A stretch of DNA of 64,000 nucleotides from Candidatus Parcubacteria bacterium (GCA_963814275.1 CAWFCE010000001.1:195307-259306), one strand, 5' to 3'. Positions 1-8,642 are shown, counted from the first letter of the stretch. Program-made: numbers and translations. The notes: a model not told the origin generated them from the sequence alone.

Positions 1-531
1 AAATTACCGATCATATTGCCGGAAGGCACCCAGGCCGTAATCAAAAACGGTTGTGTTACTGTTAAAGGGGCGAAAGGCGAGCTTAAGCTTACGGTAAACA
101 AATCGGTTCTGGTCGATATCAAGGACCAAACGATCACAGTCAGCGTTAAAAATCCTGAAGTCAAGCGGGAAAGGGCCCTTTGGGGACTTTACCGGAGCTT
201 GGTCAATAATCTGGTTGTCGGGGTGACCGAAGGTTTCGAAAAGAAACTGGAGATCAACGGCGTCGGATATCGGGCGGCCGTCAGCGGCAAGAAGCTGACT
301 CTTAATGTCGGCTATTCCCATCCGGTCGATTTTCCTTTGCCTGACGGCATCAGCGCCCAGGTGGAAGCCAATGTCATAACACTGAACGGGATCGATAAGC
401 ACTTATTGGGAGAAACCGCCGCCCAGATCAGAAAAGTACGGAAGCCGGAACCTTATAAGGGTAAAGGCATCAAATACGTCGATGAGGTAATCCGACGCAA
501 AGAAGGAAAGACCGCGTCTAAGGGAGAATAA
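1..531 (+). CDS. rplF: 50S ribosomal protein L6, 5' end cut by window edge
   Basis: Frame 1 is open from base 1 (KLPIILPEGT..). L6-like sequence with C-terminal KPEPYKGKGIKY. Followed by L18-S5-L15-SecY in canonical spc order. Confidence 0.95.
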   Translation, partial: KLPIILPEGTQAVIKNGCVTVKGAKGELKLTVNKSVLVDIKDQTITVSVKNPEVKRERALWGLYRSLVNNLVVGVTEGFEKKLEINGVGYRAAVSGKKLTLNVGYSHPVDFPLPDGISAQVEANVITLNGIDKHLLGETAAQIRKVRKPEPYKGKGIKYVDEVIRRKEGKTASKGE

Positions 532-565
532 AATATTTAATGGATTTGAAGATAATCCCATATTT

Positions 566-922
566 ATGAGCAAAACAAAAGACAAGACAGTAAAAAGGGA
601 GCGCCGCCACCTGAAGATCAGGGCGAAGATTTCCGGAACAGCGAAGTGTCCGCGTTTGAGCGTGTTCAAGTCGAATACCGGTATGTTCCTGCAGTTGATC
701 GACGACCGTAGCGGCCGCACTATCGTTAGCGCCAACAGTAAAGAAATCAAAGGGAAGAAGATGGCTAAAGCGGAATTAGCCGCGGCGCTGGGCGCGCTTC
801 TGGCCCAAAAAGCCAAAGACGCGAAGATCAGCCAGGTGGTATTCGATAAGGGAGGATATAAATACCATGGCCGGGTAAAAGCGGCAGCCGATGCGGCCCG
901 GGAAGCCGGTCTGCAATTTTAA
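566..922 (+). CDS. rplR: 50S ribosomal protein L18
   Basis: 118 aa. RRHLKIRAKISGT..PRLSVF.S motif and C-terminal GYKYHGRVKA.AD.AREAGL.F typical of L18. Operon position. Confidence 0.95.
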   Translation: MSKTKDKTVKRERRHLKIRAKISGTAKCPRLSVFKSNTGMFLQLIDDRSGRTIVSANSKEIKGKKMAKAELAAALGALLAQKAKDAKISQVVFDKGGYKYHGRVKAAADAAREAGLQF

Positions 923-964
923 AATTTTCGGTAAATAATTAACATATATATTTTTTGATATAAT

Positions 965-1630
965 ATGGCTGAAGTAAAAAAAGACAATCCAAATTCTCCC
1001 GCGAGCCAAAAGCCGGGAAACAGTCCGGCGGCCGGAAAGGGCGGTACGGTTTATGGCCGGCGGCAGGCAGAAAGGAAAAGGGGACGGGGCGGACGACCGG
1101 AAAGGATGCCCGACGAGTATGACCAGAGGATCGTGGATATTGCCCGGGTTACCCGCGTAATGGCCGGCGGCAAGCGCATGCGTTTTCGCGCCTGCGTGGC
1201 AATCGGCAACAAAAAGGGCAAAGTGGCGGTCGGAATCGACAAAGGAGCAGATGTGACGATCGCGGTGACCAAGGCGGTCAATCAGGCGAAAAAGCTCTTG
1301 GTGGACGTACCGATCGTTAATGATACCATTCCGCACGAGATTTATTATAAAATGGGAGCGGCCAAGATCCTGCTCAAGCCGGCCCGCAAAGGAAAAGGCG
1401 TTATCGCCGGAGGCGCGGTCAGGATAGTTTTGGAATTGGCCGGGGTTAAGAATATCACCAGCAAGATCTTAGGGACGAATAACGCGGTAAACGTCGCCAA
1501 ATGCACTTTGGCGGCTTTGGATAATATTAAAAAAGTAGAAGTACCGAAGGTGGGCAATAATGACGCTAAGAAAAAAGCTTTGCCGGCGACCGAGGATAAA
1601 AAATCCGTGCCTAAAAATCCGGCCAAATAA
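965..1630 (+). CDS. rpsE: 30S ribosomal protein S5 with N- and C-terminal low-complexity extensions
   Basis: Core RVTRVMAGGKRMRFRA..VAIGN..G.VG.G.GKA..V..A..KA and GAVR.VLE.AG..NI..K matches S5. About 50 extra basic/Pro-rich residues at the N-terminus and about 35 Lys-rich residues at the C-terminus. Confidence 0.93.
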   Translation: MAEVKKDNPNSPASQKPGNSPAAGKGGTVYGRRQAERKRGRGGRPERMPDEYDQRIVDIARVTRVMAGGKRMRFRACVAIGNKKGKVAVGIDKGADVTIAVTKAVNQAKKLLVDVPIVNDTIPHEIYYKMGAAKILLKPARKGKGVIAGGAVRIVLELAGVKNITSKILGTNNAVNVAKCTLAALDNIKKVEVPKVGNNDAKKKALPATEDKKSVPKNPAK

Positions 1631-1639
1631 TTTATACAT

Positions 1640-2095
1640 ATGACTTTGACTCCACATACAATCAAACCGGCAACCGGAGCCACCCGGGGACGGAAACGCG
1701 TCGGGCGGGGAAACGCCACCGGCCACGGCACCTATAGCGGCAAGGGACAGAAGGGGCAGAAATCCCGTGCCGGCGTATCCAATCTGAAGCGCCTCGGTAT
1801 GCGCCAGATCTTATTGAAGACTCCGAAAGAGCGCGGATTCAAATCGGACAAACCGAAAAACCAAGTTGTTAATTTGGAATTGCTTAATGAGCACTACGGT
1901 TCCGGAGACACCGTTTCGCCGCAGTCTTTATATAAGAAAGGAATGATCAGCGATACCAATATGCCGGTAAAAATACTCGGCTCGGGGTTGCTTAAGGTAG
2001 GAAAACTGAAATTCAGCAAAGTAAGGGTGAGCGAGTCGGCCAGGACGCAGATCGAGAAGCTGGAGGGTGTAATTAATGCGGATAAAAAGCGATAA
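1640..2095 (+). CDS. rplO: 50S ribosomal protein L15
   Basis: 151 aa. RKRVGRG.ATGHGTYSGKGQKGQK.R motif. Follows S5 after a 9-bp spacer, so no L30 gene is present. Confidence 0.93.
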   Translation: MTLTPHTIKPATGATRGRKRVGRGNATGHGTYSGKGQKGQKSRAGVSNLKRLGMRQILLKTPKERGFKSDKPKNQVVNLELLNEHYGSGDTVSPQSLYKKGMISDTNMPVKILGSGLLKVGKLKFSKVRVSESARTQIEKLEGVINADKKR

Positions 2096-2097
2096 AT

Positions 2098-3372
2098 ATG
2101 GTTTTGGATAAGCTCGAACAAATATGGCGCGCCAAGGACCTGAGGAACAGCATATTGTATGTCCTCGGAATGCTGGTTATTTTCCGGCTGGCCGCCCACA
2201 TCCCCGTACCGGGAGTGAATACCGCGGCTTTGAAGGATTTTTTCTCCGGTAACCAGATCTTGGGGCTTTTGAATATCTTTTCCGGCGGGAGCATGCAGAA
2301 CTTTTCCATCGTCATGATGGGCGTGGGCCCGTATATCACCGCTTCGATCATTTTCCAGCTCTTGGGCATGGTCATGCCGAAACTGGAAGAGATGCAGAAG
2401 GAAGAATCCGGACGGCAAAAGATCAATATGTGGACCCGCTGGCTGACCGTACCGATGGCGGTATTGCAGGCGTTCGGCATGATCACGCTTTTGCGCCGCT
2501 CATCGACCGCTATCCTGACGGATGTATCCGGACTGCAGATCGCCGGCATGATCCTGGTCATATCGGCCGGTACCGTATTCCTGATGTGGATTGGGGAGCT
2601 CATTACCGAGAAAAATGTCGGCAACGGCATCTCGCTTTTGATATTCGCCGGCATCGTGTCCGGCTTGCCGCAGGCCATCCAGCAGGTGATCGTCACCTTC
2701 GACCAGTCACAACTTTTCCTGATACTCGGCTTCGTATTGGTGGCGATCGTCACCGTTATCGGTGTGGTATACATTACCGAAGCCCAGCGTAATATTCCCG
2801 TCCAATATGCCAAACAAGTGCGCGGAAACCGCATGTACGGGGGAACCAGCACCCACCTGCCGCTTCGCGTCAATATGGCCGGCGTGATCCCGATCATTTT
2901 CGCCATTTCGGTCGTTTTGTTCCCGTCGATGATCGCGCAGTTTTTCGTGCAGGCCCGTTCGGCCTGGATCGCGTCCGCGGCGGAATGGGTGATCCGGCTG
3001 TTCAATAACCAGATCTTCTACGGGGTTTCCTACTTCGTCCTGGTATTCGCTTTCACATATTTCTATACTGAGGTCATCTTCCATCCGGACCAGATCGCGG
3101 AGAACCTGCAGAAGCAGGGCGGCTTCATCCCGGGCATCCGTCCGGGCAAGCATACGAGCCAGTACCTGGCGAACACGACCCACAAGATCATCTTCGTCGG
3201 CGCGTTGTTCCTGGGCTTGATCGCCATCCTGCCGCTGATCCTGCGCGCAGTGACCAACACCCGCGCCCTGGCCCTGGGAGGCACTTCGCTCCTTATCGTA
3301 GTGGCGGTGGTTATCGAGACGGTAAAGCAGATCGAATCCCAGCTCACCATGCGGGAGTATGAGGGCATGTAA
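2098..3372 (+). CDS. secY: preprotein translocase subunit SecY
   Basis: 424 aa polytopic membrane protein. IPVPG.N, MGVGPYITASII.QLL and GISLLIFAGIV motifs. Operon position after rplO. Confidence 0.95.
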   Translation: MVLDKLEQIWRAKDLRNSILYVLGMLVIFRLAAHIPVPGVNTAALKDFFSGNQILGLLNIFSGGSMQNFSIVMMGVGPYITASIIFQLLGMVMPKLEEMQKEESGRQKINMWTRWLTVPMAVLQAFGMITLLRRSSTAILTDVSGLQIAGMILVISAGTVFLMWIGELITEKNVGNGISLLIFAGIVSGLPQAIQQVIVTFDQSQLFLILGFVLVAIVTVIGVVYITEAQRNIPVQYAKQVRGNRMYGGTSTHLPLRVNMAGVIPIIFAISVVLFPSMIAQFFVQARSAWIASAAEWVIRLFNNQIFYGVSYFVLVFAFTYFYTEVIFHPDQIAENLQKQGGFIPGIRPGKHTSQYLANTTHKIIFVGALFLGLIAILPLILRAVTNTRALALGGTSLLIVVAVVIETVKQIESQLTMREYEGM

Positions 3373-3500
3373 TCATAGAGCTTGAGAGGCGGAGTTTTGG
3401 GCTTTTGGCGGTTGATGATGATTATTACTATATTGAACCTTTTCCACGGATCGGCACGGATCAGAGACGGATTGACACGAATATTTTAAACCATATTAAA

Positions 3501-3521
3501 CCGGCATCGGCCGGTTTTTTT
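3501..3521 (+). terminator. intrinsic terminator after secY
   Basis: ccggc-atcg-gccgg stem-loop followed by a run of 7 T. Confidence 0.6.
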
Positions 3522-3721
3522 GATGCGTAATAGTTGTAAATAAATTTGCCAATGTAAGCAAATATTGTTAAAATTAATTAAGTACAGATAAGAAAACTTT
3601 TTGTAACAGCAAATACCGTTATGTCAGTGATAAAATATAATAATAATAGCTAGTATTAAATAAAAATTATACAAATTCGGATATCACTTGTTAGGCGAAA
3701 TAAATTTATTTATATAATTGT

Positions 3722-3841
3722 ATGGACAACAAAAACGTTATTAAACACCAAGAAAAACCAAAAAAAATGACAAAACTAGAAATACTTATTAGTGCTGCTA
3801 AGGGCATAGCCTTTGCGTTATTATTACTAGGTATTGGTTAA
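3722..3841 (+). CDS. possible small membrane peptide (39 aa), speculative
   Basis: ATG 3 nt after the left TIR. MDNKNVIKHQEKPKKMTKLEILISAAKGIAFALLLLGIG has a hydrophobic C-terminus. No SD. Too short for the ORF track. Confidence 0.2.
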   Translation: MDNKNVIKHQEKPKKMTKLEILISAAKGIAFALLLLGIG

Positions 3842-4072
3842 TATTGGGATGAAAGTGTAGCGGGTAAATCCTTAAAAATTACAAATTACAAGCACCAAAT
3901 TCCAAATAAATCCCAAATTCAAAATTTCAAATTCAAAACCCTGATTACGCGAATATCGGCTTTAAAGAGTGTTTTTAATTTTGGATTTGTGATTTTGAAT
4001 TTATTTGGAATTTAGAATTTGGTGCTTGGAATTTATTAACAATAGTGCTCTCATTTCATTCCGATATTAACC
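3836..4072. repeat. long imperfect palindromic element, copy 1 (ccaaat/atttgg word family)
   Basis: Inner inverted repeats caagcaccaaattccaaataaat (3889-3911) and atttatttggaa[tttagaa]tttggtgcttgg (3999-4029) flank an 87-bp core. The outer arms also pair imperfectly. Confidence 0.85.
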
Positions 4073-4370
4073 GGTATTTTATATATATTTCTATTTATAC
4101 TTAACGCCTTTTCAGGCAAGTATGATTGGATAATGTAAAATTATATAAATAAATTTACTTCGCCTAACACCACGATAAGCGGCTTGGTATTTTGTCAGAG
4201 ACCTCGTGCGAATTTTGAAAATGATTATTGATTATAACAAGGAATTTCAAAAACGTCGCTTTATCGGTGTAAGTTGTACAATATCTAGCTCTTTAAAATA
4301 AAAAATTTTTGAAGGATTTGACATTGAAGCCGTTATTTATTGAACATTTTGAAAGAAAAAGGAGGATGCA

Positions 4371-4979
4371 ATGAAACAAATTATGGTGGTTGAACGAAAT
4401 GCGCTTTTTGCGGATAAATTCTTTGAAGGTTATCTAGCAGCCGACGCTTTCGATTTTGAATCAGTGATATTGTCAAATTACATCTGGATGAGCAAAGACA
4501 AAGCTGAAATCAATCCCGACTACAAACAACCCGTCGGTTATTCGATTATCTACAATCCCGCGCTCAAACAGGTCTTTCTTTACCAGCGAGCCAAGGTCGA
4601 CCAGAACTATGCGGAAAAAAGATTGCAGGGCAAATGGTCCTGCGGGGTCGGTGGACACATTGAAAAAATTGACACTAAGCAGGGCAATCCGATCCACGAA
4701 AGCTCTCTCCGGGAAATCGAAGAAGAAATAAAGATATTCGGTAAAAAACGCATGCAGACGCTAGGGTATATCAATGACGACTCAGACGAGGTCGGTAAAG
4801 TCCATTTTGGCATTCTCTATCTTGTCATGATCAATGGCGAAAAAGTCGAACCGATCGACCCCGAAATCAGCGCAGGCGGGCTCGTTCCTCTCCGCGCTTT
4901 GGAAGAGAAGTGTAATGCCACGGACGTAATAGTCGAGAACTGGTCAAAAATCGCCCTTGGCCCCTTGAAAAGCATTTAA
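4371..4979 (+). CDS. Nudix hydrolase-like protein
   Basis: GGHIE..(insertion)..ESSLREIEEEIKI resembles the Nudix box GGxxE..REl.EE.g with a short insertion. Strong SD GGAGG at 4361-4365. Confidence 0.55.
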   Translation: MKQIMVVERNALFADKFFEGYLAADAFDFESVILSNYIWMSKDKAEINPDYKQPVGYSIIYNPALKQVFLYQRAKVDQNYAEKRLQGKWSCGVGGHIEKIDTKQGNPIHESSLREIEEEIKIFGKKRMQTLGYINDDSDEVGKVHFGILYLVMINGEKVEPIDPEISAGGLVPLRALEEKCNATDVIVENWSKIALGPLKSI

Positions 4980-4998
4980 TTTTGATCCTTCAATAGAT

Positions 4999-5036
4999 GA
5001 GGCAAGCTCCGGCTTGCCTCCTTCAAAAATTTTTTA
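4999..5036 (+). terminator. stem-loop with distal T-run after the Nudix-like gene
   Basis: 9-bp stem gaggcaagc/gcttgcctc with loop tccg. The T-run starts 9 nt downstream and overlaps the right 26-bp IR. Confidence 0.45.
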
Positions 5037-5341
5037 TTTCAAAGGGCTAAGCCCTGCTGATTCGCTTGCATAATTTATCCGGTTTAAACGGTTTGTTCAT
5101 ATCCACGAAAATATTGGCTAAAAACAATTAACAAAATATCATTTTTTTTTCTTATTTCCTATTTTTAATCCGGATTATAATCTGGATTATTTTTTTTGCG
5201 TTCATTCGAGATACCTCCCCGTTTATATTTGAAAAATTTTAATTTGATGCCATTTTGTGTTATAATAACCTTATATATTCCTATAATATAAGGGGAAAAT
5301 CTTGGTGGTTTTTTTCCTTAATTTTTGTTTAATTTTAGCGA

Positions 5342-7324
5342 ATGGAAGCCATCATCAAGGCGCAAAATTTGAATTTTACCTACAATCAGGGCAAAGACAA
5401 CGAATATCAGGCCCTGATCAATATTAATTTCGAGATCTATCCCGAGGAATTCATTATAATCTTCGGGCCGTCCGGCTGCGGCAAATCAACCCTCTTGAAC
5501 GTCATCGCCGGATTGGAGCGCCCCGCCCAGAATACCACCTTCGTATTCGGCCAGGATATGTTCCTGATGAGCAAGTATGATTTCGCCATGTACCACCGGA
5601 CCCAGATCGGGATGGTCTACCAGCAGTATAACCTCATCACCAGTCTGAGCGTGTTGGACAATGTCGCTTTGCCGCAAATGTTCATTGATGTGCACAAAGG
5701 CAGGCGCAACCAATGGGCGAGGCAATTATTGGAGCGCTTCGGCATATTGAAACAAGCCAAAAAGATCCCCTCCGAACTGTCCGGCGGACAGCAGCAGCGG
5801 ATCGGCATTGCCCGGTCCATCGTGAACGACCCCAAATTGATCCTGGCGGACGAACCGGTCGGCAACCTCGACTCAGTTTCGGCCAAGAACGTGTTGGATA
5901 TCCTGCAGGCCCTCAATGAGAAAGAGAAGAAAACCGTCATCCTCGTCACCCACAATCCGGAAAACCTGGTTTACGGCGACCGGATATTCTACATGAAGGA
6001 CGGCATCATCACCCGCGAGGTGGTCAACCGGGACAAGCACAAGGCGGACAAGCGCGAGCTGGCGCCCAAATCGCCTACCGCTGAGATCAACGACCTTTTG
6101 CGCGCCTATCACGGCCTTACTCCCGAACAGATCAACATATTGATCATGCCCTATAAGGCCAAAGCGTTCGCGCACCATTTCATCGCCAGCCGCAGTCTGG
6201 AAGAAACCAGGATCCTGGAGGATATTATCCAGCGGCGGCTTCTGGGGACGATCTCCCAGGAGGAGTTCTACGAAATATTGCACAAGAATTCCCTGGAAGG
6301 CGGCGTCGGATTCGACATCCGTACGGCGGAGAAAATTTTAAGGCGGGTCAACCGGATAATCCGGACCGCCTATTATATATACCAGGAAGAGCGGCAGCGG
6401 ACAGACGAGCTGGGCGGACACGAAAAGATAAATGACGACGAGAAGGCCAAGAAGGTTACCTGGTATCTCCTGGGGGCCTGTTATTATAAGCATTATAAGA
6501 ATCTGGATGAGGTGCAGATCAACCGTCTCCAGCTTGCGGTCAAAGAACGGTTGACCGGCGTGCTGCAAAAAAACGGTTATTATGAGCAGCTGGACAAACC
6601 TTTTAAGACAGGGGGAGTCGGCCTGAACAGCAAAACCGCCAAGGCCATGACCGAAGAGCTGGAATTGATCCTGATCCTGGGCTTCGGCATTGTCCAGCGC
6701 TTAAGCATGGAAGAACATTCGGCCGAAACCGCTCCTGCCGATACCGGTGAAAAACCCAAGCCAGCGCCGGAATTGTCGGCGGTTGAGAAGAATATTGCCG
6801 CGCAAATAGCCGCTGAACCGCTGCAGGCGGATACTGCGGATAAGGATAGCGATTCAAAAAGCGAAACAAAACCGGCGTCAGTTAATGATTCCGATGCCCC
6901 GAAAGACGAAGCTTCTCCGCCTCCGGCCGCGGACGAACAAACCCAGGAAAAAAACCCAGAAGCAGAAGCGCCTACAGCGGACAATAATGGAAGTGAGAAA
7001 AAAGATAACGGCCGTACCCTGTATTTGACCGGCGAGGAGGCAGCCCAATTGGCGCAAACCGGGATGGCATACGAAGCGCCGCCGTCGCAGGAAGACCTTT
7101 TGAAAAACGCCCTGAACGCGGACAAGCTGGCGGCTCAAGCCAAAGAGGCGGAAGAGCTGACTGCCGCGTCCGAAGAAGCGCTTAAGAATATATCTCCGAA
7201 AGTAAGCGAGTACCTGAAGGATTATCTGCCGCAAAATGACGGCCAGGAAAATGAGGCCAAACCCGCGGAACCGGCCATACCGGGACCGGAAGCTAGCGCA
7301 AAACCCGAGGATGATAAGAAATGA
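5342..7324 (+). CDS. ABC transporter ATP-binding protein (MacB/LolD/FtsE-like) with ~430-aa C-terminal extension
   Basis: Walker A GPSGCGKST, signature LSGGQQQR and Walker B LILADEP lie within the first ~225 aa. The remainder is a helical region with two GGVG(F/L)..(R/K)TA.K repeats, then an acidic Pro/Ala/Glu-rich tail. Confidence 0.85.
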   Translation: MEAIIKAQNLNFTYNQGKDNEYQALININFEIYPEEFIIIFGPSGCGKSTLLNVIAGLERPAQNTTFVFGQDMFLMSKYDFAMYHRTQIGMVYQQYNLITSLSVLDNVALPQMFIDVHKGRRNQWARQLLERFGILKQAKKIPSELSGGQQQRIGIARSIVNDPKLILADEPVGNLDSVSAKNVLDILQALNEKEKKTVILVTHNPENLVYGDRIFYMKDGIITREVVNRDKHKADKRELAPKSPTAEINDLLRAYHGLTPEQINILIMPYKAKAFAHHFIASRSLEETRILEDIIQRRLLGTISQEEFYEILHKNSLEGGVGFDIRTAEKILRRVNRIIRTAYYIYQEERQRTDELGGHEKINDDEKAKKVTWYLLGACYYKHYKNLDEVQINRLQLAVKERLTGVLQKNGYYEQLDKPFKTGGVGLNSKTAKAMTEELELILILGFGIVQRLSMEEHSAETAPADTGEKPKPAPELSAVEKNIAAQIAAEPLQADTADKDSDSKSETKPASVNDSDAPKDEASPPPAADEQTQEKNPEAEAPTADNNGSEKKDNGRTLYLTGEEAAQLAQTGMAYEAPPSQEDLLKNALNADKLAAQAKEAEELTAASEEALKNISPKVSEYLKDYLPQNDGQENEAKPAEPAIPGPEASAKPEDDKK

Positions 7325-7433
7325 TGAGGGCTGATCGCAATCTGATGAGGCCGCAATTTTTCCGAAATATCAAAAGTATTTAATCCATTTACCGGTTTTT
7401 AATCCCAATTTTTCAATTACCAGTAACAAATCT

Positions 7434-8642
7434 ATGTTAGCAACCGACGTATTACGCTTAGCCACCCGTATGTTCCGCACCAACCGGTCGCGTACCTTGC
7501 TGACGATCCTGGGCATCAGCGTCGGTATCGGCGCCATTCTTTTCCTGGTTTCCCTCGGTTACGGCTTGCAGCAGCTCATTCTCGAGCGGATCACGACTTC
7601 CGAGGCCCTATTGTCGCTTGACGTGAGCACCGGGGATCTGGAGAATATCCAGCTGACCAACGATTCGATCAACGATATCAAAGCCATCCCGGGAGTGGAT
7701 CGGATCAGTCCCTTGGTCACCACCCAGGCGCAAATGACCGTTGACGAGATCGCCTCGGAACTGACCGCCAATTTCGCTGACCAGGAATATTTCCGCCTGG
7801 ACGGGACCGTGTTGAAAAAGGGCGAATTCTATACCGATGACGCCAAAGACAACCGCAAAGTTATATTATCGTCATCGGCCCTGCAGCTGTTCAATATCGC
7901 CGAAGAGGATGCCATCGGCAAAAGGATAAAATTCGTTTTTTTTACAGAAGAAGGAGAGGTAAATAAAGAAAGTTTTATCCGGGAGTTCGTTGAGGTTGAC
8001 GGCGATTTCACGATTGTCGGCATCATCGAAGAGGAAAGCTCCAACTACGTATTCCTGCCCCGGCAGGTCGGGGTGGATCTGGGGTTCACCAGGTACAGCA
8101 AGCTGAAAGTCAAGGTAGACAGTGAAGATGTCCTCAATGTGACCAGGGACGCGATCATCGAAAAAGGCTATCTGGTCAGCGCGTTATCGGATATAATCGA
8201 ACAGGCTAACCAGGTCTTCAATATCGTCCAGATCGTCCTGGCGTCGTTCGGCATTATCGCCTTGATCGTGTCGGCGATCGGCATGTTCAATACCATGACC
8301 ATCGCCCTGCTGGAGCGTACCCAGGAGATCGGCGTGATGAAGGCCCTGGGCGCGACCAGCGTCGATATCTGGAAGCTCTTCCTGGCGGAGTCGGTCATTA
8401 TCGGCTTCTTGGGCGGGGTAGGCGGCATCCTGATCGGCTATTTAGGCGGACAGGTGTTCAATTACGGCGTCAATGTCCTGGCGGGCGCTTTGGGCGGGGA
8501 GAGCATCGACCTGTTCGCCACGCCGTATTGGTTCGTAATCACCATTATCCTTTTCTCCTCGATCGTCGGCCTCATCACCGGCTTCTACCCGGCCCGCCGC
8601 GCCGCCCGTATCAGCGCCATGGAGGCGGTGAGGTATAAATAA
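7434..8642 (+). CDS. ABC transporter permease, FtsX/MacB family
   Basis: 402 aa. N-terminal TM, large extracytoplasmic domain, C-terminal FtsX-type 3-TM bundle (E.GVMKALGA.. motif). Adjacent to the ABC ATPase. Confidence 0.85.
   Translation: MLATDVLRLATRMFRTNRSRTLLTILGISVGIGAILFLVSLGYGLQQLILERITTSEALLSLDVSTGDLENIQLTNDSINDIKAIPGVDRISPLVTTQAQMTVDEIASELTANFADQEYFRLDGTVLKKGEFYTDDAKDNRKVILSSSALQLFNIAEEDAIGKRIKFVFFTEEGEVNKESFIREFVEVDGDFTIVGIIEEESSNYVFLPRQVGVDLGFTRYSKLKVKVDSEDVLNVTRDAIIEKGYLVSALSDIIEQANQVFNIVQIVLASFGIIALIVSAIGMFNTMTIALLERTQEIGVMKALGATSVDIWKLFLAESVIIGFLGGVGGILIGYLGGQVFNYGVNVLAGALGGESIDLFATPYWFVITIILFSSIVGLITGFYPARRAARISAMEAVRYK

Larger units (their letters stand above)
3690..4168. 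repeat. 479-bp segment bounded by 30-bp terminal inverted repeats (MITE-like, non-autonomous)
   Basis: 3690-3719 gttaggcgaaataaatttatttatataatt matches the reverse complement of 4139-4168 at 29/30 positions. The interior holds a 39-codon ORF and the palindromic element at 3836-4072. Confidence 0.55.
4291..5044. repeat. 26-bp inverted repeats bracketing the Nudix-like gene
   Basis: 4291-4316 ctttaaaataaaaaatttttgaagga matches the reverse complement of 5019-5044 (ctttgaaataaaaaatttttgaagga) at 25/26 positions. Confidence 0.7.
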
